In this document: positions 49,701 through 63,946 of the stretch, piece by piece | Position numbering within the stretch: position 1 is the first letter of the stretch | Layout: each line of letters starts with the position of its first letter | Assembly: GCA_013239625.1 (NCBI GenBank) | Contig: MU053881.1 | Location: 15,182,373-15,246,372, forward strand | Direction of reading: 5' to 3' | DNA from: Lama guanicoe | Taxonomy: Eukaryota | DNA length: 64,000 bases | Position numbers and translations under genes: made by a program | Notes under the pieces: generated by a model | The model's input: the letters and a program-made list of their open reading frames with translations, nothing else | Databases searched by the model: none | What the model was told of the DNA's origin: nothing

Positions 49701-50159
49701 AGAAGCGGCATCCCGTCCAGTGAAATGCCCCCAGCTCCCTCTCTGTGTCTGGGATACTCACTCTGGGAAATTGGAGGCATTTTGTGGAAACCTCAAGAGT
49801 AGGGAAGGAAGAGATGGCGGAGGGAGAAGCCTACAGCAGCTGCAGATAAAGTTCTGCAGGTAAAACAGGCTCAGAGCTGGGGAAGCAACTTGCCCCGAGA
49901 GTTGGGGCACAGGGTCCCCCGTTGGGGTGCGCTGGCAACGCCCCTCCCTCACCTCTCTCTGGAGCTCCACCTCTCTTCCTGTGTTGGAGGAAGGGGTTTC
50001 CATGGCAACCTAAGGCCTTAAGCTCCCGGGGCGGCACTAGCGGAGGAGTCTTTTCTGCCCTCGGAGAGGCTCTCCAACCATCTGGGTCACATTGCTCTGT
50101 TGGATTTTCCCAAAAATCTTGTTTTTGCACGTTGATTTCCCATGTCTCCAGTAATCCAT

Positions 50160-50280
50160 GAGTTCTTTGAGAATAGGGAATTCGAATATTTTGTTCAGTG
50201 CTGTGTCCTTAGTATTCAGAACAAGTCTGACACACAGTAGGGGCTTAATAAATTTTACCTGTTGCTGAATGAATGAGTTA
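50160..50280 (+). mobile_element. L2 LINE 3' end
   Basis: ctgacacacagtaggggcttaataaat..tgctgaatgaatga. Confidence 0.7.
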
Positions 50281-50297
50281 AAAATGACCAATGTCTC

Positions 50298-50499
50298 AAA
50301 ATGTAGAATGGATAAACAAGATTGTCCTGTGTCGCACAGGGAGATATATACAGGATCTTGTGGTGGCTCACAGCGAAAGAGAATGTGACAATGAATGTAT
50401 AATATGTTCATGTATAACTGAAAAATTGTGCGCTACACTGGAATTCGACACAACACTGTAGAATGACTATAACTCAATTAAAAATGTTTTTAAATAAAA
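50298..50499 (+). mobile_element. 5'-truncated younger LINE-1 3'UTR with target-site duplication
   Basis: Artiodactyl-type L1 3'UTR (ggataaacaag..gcacaggga..gtataactga..acacaacactgta..actataactcaa) ending in an A-rich tail. Flanked by exact gaccaatgtctc at 50286-50297 and 50500-50511. Confidence 0.85.
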
Positions 50500-51469
50500 G
50501 ACCAATGTCTCCTCTGGGATGGGGTGTGAGGCCTCTAGTGCCCTCAGAGGTCCCAGCCTGAGGGCGACACAGACAGTCTTGACTTCCTCACGCCCACCCG
50601 GTGTGGCCCAGGTGGAGTCTAGGGATCAGAAGAGAGAGGGACCAATTTTCTGCCTCTGCCAAGGCCACCAGTACATGCAATTCCGAGCATGGCCACACGA
50701 GGACAGCAGAGACTTGCAAGTCCAACTTCTGAGAGTCCTAGCCGACCCTTCCTTAGCGCCCCTTTGGAGTGGCTCTTGAGACCCCAAGTTTCAGGCTTGG
50801 AATCTAGTCCACCTCTCTTGATCTTATCCACACCCTCAAGTAGGCTTCCAAATATATGTTTACGTATTTATGTACTGAATTATTTAATGGCAAAAAGAAG
50901 AAAAATACAGAAAAAAATCACCCAGCTTTCCCATCCCTCCCCGAAAATACTTGTTCCCACTTTGATCTCTTACCTGCGCATGTTTTTCCTTTTTTGTCTT
51001 TTTCTTCCTTTGAGAGACCTTCTTGGACTAACCCTCTCCCAAACTGCAAACCGCCCTGTCTTTTCCCCCAAGTCCCCAGAAATCTGTTTTAACTTTTCTG
51101 CCCTAGCACAATTATTTCCTAACCTCCTTTAAAACATGTGATGATTTATAAGTCATCGCATCTCCCCCTTGGAATGTCAGCTCTCTAAGGGCGGGAGTTT
51201 TGCTGCATCCAGTAGGTGCTCAGTAAGTATTTTTGGAACGAATGAAATCTGACCAAAAATTTAAAATAAATAAACCTTGCAAATAAAACTAAATAACCTT
51301 CTCAGCCACCACCCCCAGGCAGTCACTATTACGAAGTCAAGTCTAAACTCACACATCCGGGAGCGACAGAGTCATTGTGGGCCATGCAACGGCTTTGCAC
51401 ACCCACCCTTCCAGGTAGATGCAGGCAAATGCATCTTGTCTGAGCACAGCATAGCCTAAAGGTCAACCA

Positions 51470-51600
51470 CATGGGTTCAAGGCTGACCCTTTGTTGCTGT
51501 AGAGCCTTGGGCACACCATGCCTCAGTTTCCTCGTGTGTAAAATGGGGGATAATGACAGTTCTTACCTCAAGGAGCTATGGTGAAGATGACATCACTTAA
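51470..51600 (+). mobile_element. MIR SINE
   Basis: gcctcagtttcctcgtgtgtaaatgggggataatgacag..acctc. Confidence 0.75.
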
Positions 51601-51699
51601 TGCTACTTAAATAGCCAGTGGTTGGCCGCTGGTTTTTTCTTTTTTGTTTCTTTTTTCTTTTTTTTTTTATTTGAAGAGCCTAGTTCTTATTTTTTCTTT

Positions 51700-51843
51700 T
51701 TAGATTTTTTTTTTTGGTAGGGGAGATAATTTAGGTTTATTTACTTGTTTGTTTTTAAAGGAGGTACTGGGGATTGAACCCAGGACCTCCGGCATGCTGG
51801 GCATGCTGAGCCTGCCTGTACCACTGAGCTATACCCTCCCCTC
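51700..51843 (-). mobile_element. tRNA-derived SINE (Vic-1-like)
   Basis: ggaggtactggggattgaacccaggacctc..ccactgagctataccctcccc preceded by a T-rich tail. Confidence 0.88.
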
Positions 51844-52549
51844 ACTGCTGTTATTTATAATTACTTAAAATATTTTTTAAAATCTAACTGCTAGTATTCC
51901 CTTATATTCCTCTACCTACCTTAATTTCGAGTCCCCTAAAAGTAGACCCGAAGACCGGTCTTCAAGAGCATAGTTATTTGGGAGAAAGCCTTGGTCCGGG
52001 TGAGGAGAGAGACGGAGGCCTGCGGGGGGCGCCAACTGGTAGGCTCCACCAGGCTGGGTTCCCAGGGGTCCCTCAGGGGGCAAGCGTGGAGCATGTTCTG
52101 TCTGAGGCAGGAGGGAGCTGAGGTGTTTCTAATCAACTCTCCTTCCGTCTGTGGTCAGGGCTGCTCCCAGGAGAGCTGTCTCGACCAGCAACATGGCCTC
52201 CCATGACCAGAGCAGCCTCAGCAAATTAATGCAGATCTGGCAGGTGGAGTGTGACGACCACAGCTGCCTCAGTGCAAAATTTTGTTTGTCCATCCCCGTC
52301 CCAAAGGCATTCAGTGGCTTCTAGAATTTTACTATATTGTGATCAACAAAGCCATGTGACCACAAATGAGGTCTTTTCATTTCATTAAAACTCAAGCTTT
52401 ACCTTCTGAATTCGATTTTTGTGCGGGATGGACCATCTACCCGTCCTTTGCCTTGGGACACTCAGCTGGTATATTGGTCACACAGGTTCCCAACACCAGA
52501 CACATGCTCACATTCATGTTTGTCTCCCAGCCCTTCACAGCCATGTTGC

Positions 52550-52635
52550 ACAGTGGTTTTTACTGTCCTCATTTTATAAAGGAGGAAGCTGAGACAGAGA
52601 GAGTTTAAGGTACTGGCCCCAGGTCACACAGCAAT
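52550..52635 (-). mobile_element. MIR SINE fragment
   Basis: cattttataaaggaggaagctgagacagagagagtttaagg..cccaggtcacacagc. Confidence 0.7.
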
Positions 52636-53254
52636 GAAGTGGCTTGGTGGACCTCAGTCACTGTTTGCAGAATTAATGCCTGGAGGTCTGCAGTCACCCG
52701 AGTCTGCTCGTGTTCCGGGTTTGCCCCTAAGTCAGCTTGGCCACCTGAGCCTGGCCCTCAGGCATCACACCTGTCTCTGGTCCCCACCTACCAGCTCCAG
52801 AACCTCTCAGACGTCTCAGGATCCCCAGGCCCTGGGATCGGCCTCTGCTGCTGTGTCGGACTGCCTAGCCCCCTGCCCTCCACCTTCCCGGGGTAAGACT
52901 GGACTCTAAGAGTAGTGAGCCTCAGGCTAGGGGTTGGGGGTGTCAGTTGTTTGAAGGCTGTCACACGGAGGTAGGGATGGCAGGAAAAGGCTGGGGCCAG
53001 AGATTTGGAGGCCTGGCCCTGGGGAGGCTCAGAGGTAGAGAGAGGGGGCAGATTCCAGAGAAGTGTGACAGCCCCGGGACAGGACTGGAGGGGGATGAGG
53101 GGGAGGGCAAACCCTTGGCTCTGCTCCATCTCCCCAGACTAGGGGCTCCTGGGGGCAGGCTAAGGCCTCACTCAGGCCAGGATGGGTACAGGGAGAGGTC
53201 AGAGGGTACTGAGTCAGAGGGAACTCTGTGCATCTCTGTCTTTGTCTTTGGAGG

Positions 53255-53520
53255 GGATCTCTGAATTTTTCTAGGTATCTCTGGGGTCTTGGGGATGTTT
53301 GAGTTTTTCTGGGTATCTCTGGGGGTTTCTGAAGGTCTGAACGTATCTCTGATGGTCTCTGGGTGTCTCTGAGGGTTTCTGGGTATCTCTGGGAGTTCCT
53401 GAAGGACTCTAAGTATTTCTGAAGTTTTCTGGGTATCTCTGGGGTCTTGGGAATCTCTGAGTTTTTCTGGGCATCTCTAGGAGTTTCTGAAGATCTCTAG
53501 GTGTCTCTGAGGCTCTCCAG
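53255..53520. repeat. Degenerate ~10-bp minisatellite (GGGTATCTCT-like)
   Basis: Recurring units gggtatctct, gggggtttct, gagggtttct, gaagttttct with about 10-bp period. Confidence 0.85.
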
Positions 53521-53984
53521 AGATCTTGGTGCTGACAGGCTGGCCTTGCCTGAGACTTGGGCCTGTCTCAGGCCAAGGCTCGGTGTATATCAAGTGGGCA
53601 GGAGAGGAAGTATGAATGTGTGCCCTCCAGAAGCTTCTGGCTCCTCTCAGCTGGGGAGTGAGGGGAAGGCAGCAGACTCAGGAGCTGCCTTTCTTCCCAC
53701 AGCCTGGCGGTGACCTGCGCCAGCTGCACAGGAAGGCCCAGACCCTAGGTCCCCCCAGACTCGCCTCCAAAACCCACGGTCTCAGGCCCCAAGCCTGCCA
53801 GACCCCACCCCTCCCACCCCAGCCTGAGCGCCTGACACTTTAATTCCTCATTTTCTTCACTTCATTTCCTCATTTCCTCCTATTCTAAGAGGCCTCGGTG
53901 CTGGAATCCACCCACACCCAGGACACCCCTCTGTTCCTCTCGTCCTAAAAGCCTGAGTTCTTGTGTGTGCTTCTTGGTTGATTT

Positions 53985-54121
53985 TTTTTTTTTACTTTTT
54001 TTTTTTTGAGGGGGCAGATAAAGAGGTTTATTTATTTATTTTAACGGAGGTACTGGGGATTGAACCCAGCACCTCATGCCTGCTAAGCACGCACTCTACC
54101 ACTGAGTTATACCGTGCCCCT
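53985..54121 (-). mobile_element. tRNA-derived SINE (Vic-1-like) with target-site duplication
   Basis: ggaggtactggggattgaacccagc..gcactctaccactgagttatacc, flanked by cttcttgg(t/c)tgattt at 53970-53984 and 54122-54136. Confidence 0.9.
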
Positions 54122-54574
54122 CTTCTTGGCTGATTTCAGTGTTTCCATTGACTGTGTTGACTGGGATTTGCAATTCAGCTGACATGATAGGGTTCTAAAG
54201 GAAAAAAATAGAAAAACATATATGGGGAAGTTCTCCCTCCCATCCATCTACCACTAAAAGCTAACCCTAACCCTGGGGTATTTGTTTTTCCTGTTTCATT
54301 GACAGTTTCAGTTACAGGAAGCTTTTTTTTTTCTCTCCAGTTAACATATTCTCTTGGAGACATCTGCTCTCACCTCCGGGCCTTTGCACCAGCTGTCCCA
54401 CCCCCTGAATGCCTTTCCCCCACCTCCTAACTCAATAAGCCCCTTCTTCTTTGCAATAAGGGCCCACTTGATCAAACCCATTAAAAAGTTGCCACCGTCC
54501 CTGCATGCTTCCCGACTTTTATTTTCTCTTCCACCTGTTACATAGTTTCCTGATAGATTCTGCATGTTGCCGGT

Positions 54575-54710
54575 CTCCCGGATTGCTACCAGAACTCCAT
54601 GGGAACTGGGAATTTGTGTTTTGTTCATGGCTGTGTCTGCAGCTCTTAGACCACCAGTGCCTGGCACACATAGGAGCTTAATAAAGGTTTGTAGAGGAAA
54701 TAAATGAGCC
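54575..54710 (+). mobile_element. L2 LINE 3' end
   Basis: cagtgcctggcacacataggagcttaataaaggtttg. Confidence 0.7.
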
Positions 54711-54879
54711 TTTCCTTATTTTTTCATAGAGATCTGTAATTCATTTGCATGACTCTGTGGCACCTCCCAGGCAAGATGAACTGTGATTGATCTAATCAAT
54801 CCCTTAGGTGGTTTCCAATTTTTTTCTTAAAGCAAACAATGCTGCGACGAACCATTCTGTAGCTCTCTGACTTTTGTGT

Positions 54880-55640
54880 GTGAGTATGCCAAGTATACTT
54901 AACATAAAATTGACTATCTTAGCCATTTTAAAGTGAAAATTCAGTAAGTTTTAGTACATTCTCAGTGTTGTGCAGCCATCACCCCTATCTAGTTCCAGAA
55001 CATTTCCATCACCCAAATGATCACCTCAAACCCTGTCCCTATGAGCAGTCATTCTGCACCCACCCTCAGCCCCTGACGACCACTAACGTACTGTCTCTGT
55101 GGATTTGCCTGTTCTGAACATTTCATATCAGTGAAATCGTACACTCAGGTCTTTTGTGTCTGGCTTTATTCACTCAGCATGATGTTGTCAAGGTTCATCC
55201 ACGAGGTAGCATGTATCAGAGCTTCATTCATTTTTAAGGGCTGAATAATATGCATTGTATGGATAAACTACAGTTAGTTTATCTACTCATCACTTCCTGC
55301 CCCTGTCATTTTGTAAACATGCAAATATTCAAGAGGGTCCCAGTAGTGGGACGCTGGATCAGGGAGCACTTGCGTTCCTAATTCCCCTGACAGTGTGCCT
55401 ACCATCGGGCTGCGCTACAGATGCTCCCCCCGCAATGAGTGGGGTTGCCTATTTCCCCACAGCCTGGCCAGCACTGAGTGTTATCACACTTTTGAATTTC
55501 TGCCAATCTGATAGGTGGGACCAAACAGTATCTCTGAGTTGTTGTAATTTGCTGTTTTCTTACTAGGAGTGAGTATCTTTGGGTTATTGAAGAACAATTT
55601 GCAGCCCTTCCTCAAAGTCTTTGTTCAAAACCTTTAACCA
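54880..55640 (-). mobile_element. LINE-1 (L1M) 3' fragments
   Basis: L1MB-like words: ccattttaaagtg..attcag, gtggatttgcctgttctgaacatttcat, cttttgtgtctggctttattcactcagcat, ggctgaataata. Confidence 0.8.
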
Positions 55641-55739
55641 TCCCTCTGAGTTTGGAACTAGAAAGAGGCAGAGTTTGAGGAGAGGGGAAAGCATGAGGGA
55701 GTAGATTCTAACCTCCCAGAGTCCAGGAGAAGGCTCTTA

Positions 55740-55810
55740 ACATTTATCTCATTTTATAGATGTGAAAACTGAGGCTCAGAGCAGTTAAGCTCAGACAGTG
55801 AGCCAGGGAC
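55740..55810 (-). mobile_element. MIR SINE fragment
   Basis: cattttatagatgtgaaaactgaggctcagagcagttaag. Confidence 0.7.
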
Positions 55811-56619
55811 TGGAAAAAATTTGAAGCTAGTCTGTCGGATGCCAGGACACAGTGAGGCTGAGACCTTTCCCACCCCACCTTCCCTCCTCTATCTCACTAT
55901 CTCTTGGGGGTCTGACTCAGGCCCCCCTCTCCCTCTGGGACTTCAGGCACCTCGCAGAGTTGCCCATCTCCAGACCCCAGGCTCGCTCCAGAGAGATCTT
56001 TTGACCCAGTGGCCCGCCTCTGCTCACTCACCTGCCTTGGCCCTGGGAATAAAGCCCTACTCCTCAGCCTGGTTTCCAGGGCCCGTGTTGCCTGTCCCCT
56101 GCCCATGCTACCAGTTCAGTTCCTCTGCTTAACCTCTTCACTTCAGCCACTCCACTCCTAACTACGCAGTCCCGGCCAGCCAGGCTTTCTCAAGCTGCAG
56201 GACCTTTGCTCCTGCTATGACTCCTGCCTGGAATCTGCAAGGCATTCATTTCTGCCCACCATGTCAGCTCATCCTCCAAGCCCCAGACTCAGCATCCCCT
56301 CCCCCAGGAAACCCGCCTCACCTCCCCCTGCAGCATGGAGGCATGACTGGACATGAGGAGAGCTCTGAATTTGTGGCGGAGGCTAGAAACTTAGAAAGGC
56401 AGGTTTTAGGAATTCTTGGCAAACTTCTGCTCAGATGCTGAAGCCCCAGTTCTAATACCTTCTTCTCCAAGAAGCTTTCCAGCAGCCTGCCCCTTGCTCT
56501 ATCTTCTCCCAAGACTGAGTGCTTCTGGAGAAACTGGCCAGAGCTGAAACCTCTTGAGGGCTCAGCATGAATGATGTTTGTCAAATGAATAAATGAGTGC
56601 ATAGGTTGGGAGTCAACTG

Positions 56620-57005
56620 AGCTGAGACCAGGAAGTGAGTTGATGAGTTAGCAGTTAATTGGGGTATTAATGGGGGACATGTGGTCAATGGGTTCCAGCA
56701 AGAAGGAAGCGGGCTGCCCCTCCCCCTCCCGTGAGACTCCTGGTCCTTGAGGCCTTTGTGTGGGGCGGCTCTCTGTGTCTTCTTCATTCTTCCCCTCTGT
56801 ACTCCACCCGGGCACCAGTTCCTCTTCCCTCTGAGTCGCTGGGTGCCGAGCTTGAGAAGCGCCAGGGACAACAGCGGATACGGATCCGGATCCGCGGAGG
56901 GTCCGACGCTCTGGTCCCAGAGTCCAAGTGAGCCACGACGCTGCCCCTCTGCCCCGGAGACTTCCAGCACCGCCAAGGCAAAGGCGTGGCAGCGGGACCA
57001 GGAAG
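56620..57005 (+). promoter_or_regulatory. Putative LRRC25 promoter and non-coding first exon
   Basis: ETS/PU.1 AGGAAGTG 56630-56637, TATTAA 56665-56670 and RUNX TGTGGT 56680-56685. Candidate donor AAG|gtagga after 57005 and acceptor tctag ending 57517, 9 nt before the ATG. Motif-based inference only. Confidence 0.5.
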
Positions 57006-57526
57006 GTAGGACCGAGGCCCTAGAACCTGGGTCTGTGCAGGGGCTTCAAACCAGAACTGGAGGCCTTTTCAGCAGCCCCCACCCCCATCCCAGCCCAAGA
57101 CTCCCAGACACTCACAATTCGCAATTTTGGGAGGAAGGCCATCGGGCTGGGCCGTTACCGGGACAACCGCTCATTTGCAACCGCCCGTCTTGGCCAGTGA
57201 GGGCTCCCGAAGTGTTTGGGGAAACTGGGCAACTTAGCCTGAAGGGGCTCATCTGAGAGAAGGGGAAGGGGCTAACTGGATTGCCTCTTCTTCCAAGACC
57301 GTGAGGCGCCGGGGTTAGGTACTCTTAGGAAGAAGGGGCGACTGAGGCCGGGGACCAGAGCCAACCAAAGAGGAGTGACCAGTGAAGGGCTACGTTTTAA
57401 CATTTCAGAAGTGGCCTGACCTGCTCTGAGCTATAAAAAAAAAAATAAACAGAGGTGGTGAGGGGGAGGTTGACCACAGACTGAGGTCAAGGCTTGGATT
57501 CCGATGTCTTTATCTAGGTGGCTTGA

Positions 57527-60182
<2,656 letters not shown>

Positions 60183-60455
60183 GCCTTCACCATCTCAAAC
60201 TCCAGCCTGCCCCCTTCTGGGTGACTTGGGGCATTCCGGCTCTTCCCTGGCCTCAGTCTTCCCGTCTGAGGAATGGGGCCAGGGAAGGATCATCCTTGAG
60301 ACCCCAAAGAGGCTCTACAGCCCCCTCCCTAGCCCACTCTGCTCTTCAGGCCCCTTGGAGGCTAGAGGGGGTGGAGGAGAGACCCCAACACGGGGACAGG
60401 AGGGTCAATGTGTGAACTCTGTCATCACCCTCCTGTTGGTATGCAGGTGGTACTC

Positions 60456-60461
60456 AATAAA
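60456..60461 (+). terminator. Candidate LRRC25 polyadenylation signal
   Basis: First AATAAA after the stop, about 275 nt downstream. Confidence 0.6.
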
Positions 60462-63050
60462 TGCTGCAAGGTTGACAAGGCTGCTGGTGAGTGGGCTCCT
60501 CAGGGTGGGGATATCTTGAGCTCCCAAGACAAGAGCTCTGAAACTCCCAGATTGCTCTCAAGCCCCAGTCTCTCCTCTGCCCCTCCCAGGCCCCCTTCTC
60601 AAGTGCCTGGTATCCAGACTCTGCCCCCAAGGCAGCCCACACCAGCCTCAGAGGGATGTTTATAGCTCATGAATGGGACTGTTTCCCTCCCCTGCTTACA
60701 CACCTTCCATGGCTCCCCACTGCTCCCAAATCTTCAGCCTGGTGGTTGAGACCTGCGTGATCCAGACCTGCCAACCTCACTGTCCTCTCCCCGCTCCTTC
60801 TGCCCTTCTGGTCTGGACCTTCTCCCCATCCAGCCCACTTCCCTGAAGCTTTCATTTTTTCATGCCATTTACCCATACCATTTTTTTAGGCCCAGAATGC
60901 CGTTCTTTTCCCCACATTTTCTAACTCAAACATCTTAATACAGAGGCAGAACTCTGGCCTGGGCATCAGAAGGCATGGGTCGGGTCCAAATCTTGATTCT
61001 ACCATTAACTCTCTGGGCCTCAGATACCCCCATCTATAAAACAGATCACCTAGGGGTGATTATAATTGGTCTCTAAGGCTGTTTTGGCTCTTATATGCTG
61101 GGATACCTTAACTCATTCTTCAAAATCCAGGTGCAATGCCAATGGCTTTCTGTGGTACTTCCTCAGGTAGAGTTAACCACTCCCAGAGCTCAGTGTTTCT
61201 CAAGAGTTTGTTTAAGTTCATGCCTCAGCTGGTCTCAGCCCAGCTCCTGCCAAGACCCCAATCCAGGGGAGATAGAACTGGACACAGACACCACCAGGCC
61301 CAAGAGGTCAAGCCTGGGCCAGACGGAAAGATGGAGCTAGGTCTGCCAGAGGGAGATGAATGCAGGAGTTTGAAAAATGCTGTAAGAGGGGTATAGGTGA
61401 AGGATGCATAGGTGTTTGAGAAGTAGAGAGGACAAGGCATTTTGGGCAGGGGGACCAAGTGTGGAGGCATGAAAAGGGCCATGGGCAGGAGGGACTAGCA
61501 AATGCAATGGCTGATGTTTGGGGAGAGACTCAGTATGGCATCTGCCAGTTTTGGGTGATCCTGGTGTTGAGTTTAATTTTGAGGCCCTCTTGGGTTCCCC
61601 AATACTTGGGAGTGACCTGGGTGGAAAAGGTAACCTGTGAGGATCTTTGGTTTCCTTGTACCCCTGTATCTCTGCCCAAGACACTGCTCAAGCCCCCAAT
61701 CCTGCCCCCAATCATCTGTCTTCTTCCTCCCAACAGAGATCAGATCCCATCCCTCCCCAGTTCCTGTAACCTCATGTCCCCTCATTGCTCTTCCAATAGA
61801 TCCTCACCCCTCACCAGCACCAAGAGGTTTGGTGGGTTCTAGCCCCCACTAAACTCTCTGGCCCCATTTTCAACAGTTTTACTGCTGGATTCTGAGCTTG
61901 TTCCCACCTGAGGACTTTGCACCTCCTGTTCTTCCTGCCTCAAATACCTGTCCCCCAACTGTTCCCTTAGTCCTAGTCTTCCCCCAGGTCTCAGGTCAGG
62001 TGTAACCTCTTCAGAAAGGCCCCCTCCCCTGACCACCTAAATCAGCTTTGCCTCTGTTCACTAATGCTTTGCCTGGGCTGACTCCTTGGCACAGTTCTTA
62101 GTACAATCAGCTGCTTCCTTACAATTTATCTTTTACTCATTTATCTTGTACCCATTTGTCTCCTGCACTTGATCGAGCTTGAGTGGAGTGGTTTCAGTCT
62201 ATCTTGTTACTTTGCATCCTCAGTGCCCAGCCAAGGCCTGGCACAAAGTGGGTACTCCCTGAATACATTCAGGGGCACCTGTAGTTGTTCAGATCCGCCT
62301 TTGGGTGGTGGTGTTCATAGGGGATACATCTTACTCACTGCTCGAGCTGGGCACTCGGTCCTCCAGACCCTCATAAGAGTTCCTCAGGGTAGACAGGCAA
62401 GCAAGTGTGGGGAAGGAGCTGGACTTGGCACACCTCAACAATTCCAAGCTCCTAAATAGGAAAAAGTAGAACCTGGGAGATGTGAGTGAAAATGTTCTTC
62501 ACAACTTACTTGTTAATCCCTGCTCTTTCTATAGGAAAGGAGAGAGGCACCATTAACATGAAGGGAGGTACCACAAACAGGAGGACTAATGGGACACTTC
62601 TAGGTCAGGGGCGCTTGGTTGCAGGGGGACAGGACTCTGGGCTGCTGGCGTTTGGAAAGGTGACTCCAATGTGGGAAGAGACAGCAGGATGGTGTTAGAG
62701 ACAAAGTCTGATAACTACAGAAATAGGAGTACTGAGAGATGAGTGGAGATGGATAGAGACTGAGACCCAAAAGTGTCTCAGAAAGAAAAACAGAGGAACA
62801 GGAAGATAGAGAAGCACAGAGACAGACAGAGAGGGATGTCCCCAGCTGCCCTTGTCCCCATGATGCCCACTGGCGTCATGACCACCATCCAATTGCTTGG
62901 TATCCGCAAGAATGTCCTGCCACCCATTCCCTGAACTGTTCTCATCACCCCATAGCATGTTTCCTGTGGGAACTGAGGCCAGGGAGGGCTCTTCCCAAAG
63001 TTACCAGCTCCATCCTGGGCATCACAGGGGTCAGGTCAGACAGTTTCATT

Positions 63051-63056
63051 TTTATT
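63051..63056 (-). terminator. GDF15 polyadenylation signal
   Basis: tttatt on + (AATAAA on -), about 250 nt past the TGA. Confidence 0.85.
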
Positions 63057-63129
63057 ACCAGAGTTTTACATAAATGCACACTCTGTCAGACCATCCCACC
63101 CCAGCCCTCTAGGCCCAGGGAAGATCACC

Positions 63130-63167
63130 CCAATAAATTAGTAATAAATAACAAATTTATAAATACA
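63130..63167 (-). promoter_or_regulatory. AU-rich element in the GDF15 3'UTR
   Basis: The minus strand reads gtatttataaatttgttatttattactaatttatt, with three ATTTA pentamers. Confidence 0.75.
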
Positions 63168-63302
63168 GCGGTTTGGACGGGAGGGGGCAGATAGCAGTGG
63201 TTAGAAATCGGGTCCTTCAGGTTCCACGAGCCCATTAAAAAGGCAAGGACGACTTAAGTCACTTCCTTTGCGCACGTGCCATAAGTGAAGGACCGGGGCC
63301 GC

Positions 63303-63946
63303 TCATACGCAGTGGCAGTCCTTGGCCACAAGGTCGTCGAAGGGCGTGAGTGACACGCTGCCCTCGCTGTCTCGGTGCATGAGCACCACCGGCTCGTAGC
63401 TTGCCGGCACGCAGCACGGCGCAGGTGCAGCATCAGGATTCAAGCCATGCAGGCGCGCCTGCATCTGCGCGTGCGTGTTAGCCGACCGGAAGTGTCCCGG
63501 ACAAGCGCCGATGCACATGCGCACGTCCAGCTCGCGCGGCGCCACCACCCAGTCCGCCCAGCCCAGGTCCTCGACCGAAGCGCGCAGGCTCTGCAGGCGG
63601 CAGCAGCGCCCCCGCCCGAGCGGGCAACCGTCCCGGGTGCTCGCATTCGCGTGGCGACGTCCCCTGGCGGCTCTTGACCGCCAGTGCAGCTCAAGCTGGG
63701 GCTGTGTAGAAGGCAACGCCTCCAGCAAGTGGTCCTCACGCGGCAGTAGTCGCAGGCGTATTACGGGAGCCCGGGAGCCTCCGAGGCTGAGCTGACGCTG
63801 TAGTGACCGTGTCACGTCCCACGAGTTCCTCGCCGTTGGGGACAGCCGGAGAAGGGCCCGATGCAGGCGGGAGGATGCGAGGAGCCCCTCAGTTAAGTCG
63901 ACCCGGGGGATGCGCAGGTGCAGGTGGCCACCTGGCCCAAGTCGCA
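63303..63946 (-). CDS. GDF15: Growth/differentiation factor 15, last coding exon (5'-partial)
   Basis: Acceptor ctctctcccatag|TG CGA CTT at 63946. Encodes the prodomain (RLGPGGHLHLRI..WDVTR), furin site RGRR and a 9-Cys TGF-beta mature domain (CPLGRGRCC..LGWADWV..CIGAC..PCCVP..DCHCV-TGA). Exon 1 is beyond the window end. Confidence 0.96.

Noticed and set aside
53255..53520. Periodic array as a possible CRISPR-like locus
   Set aside because: Eukaryotic context, no unique spacers between identical repeats, and no cas genes.
63645..63665. Apparent loss of the human RRAR furin site in GDF15
   Set aside because: RGRR still satisfies R-X-X-R, and as I recall it is the site used in rodents, so processing is probably intact.
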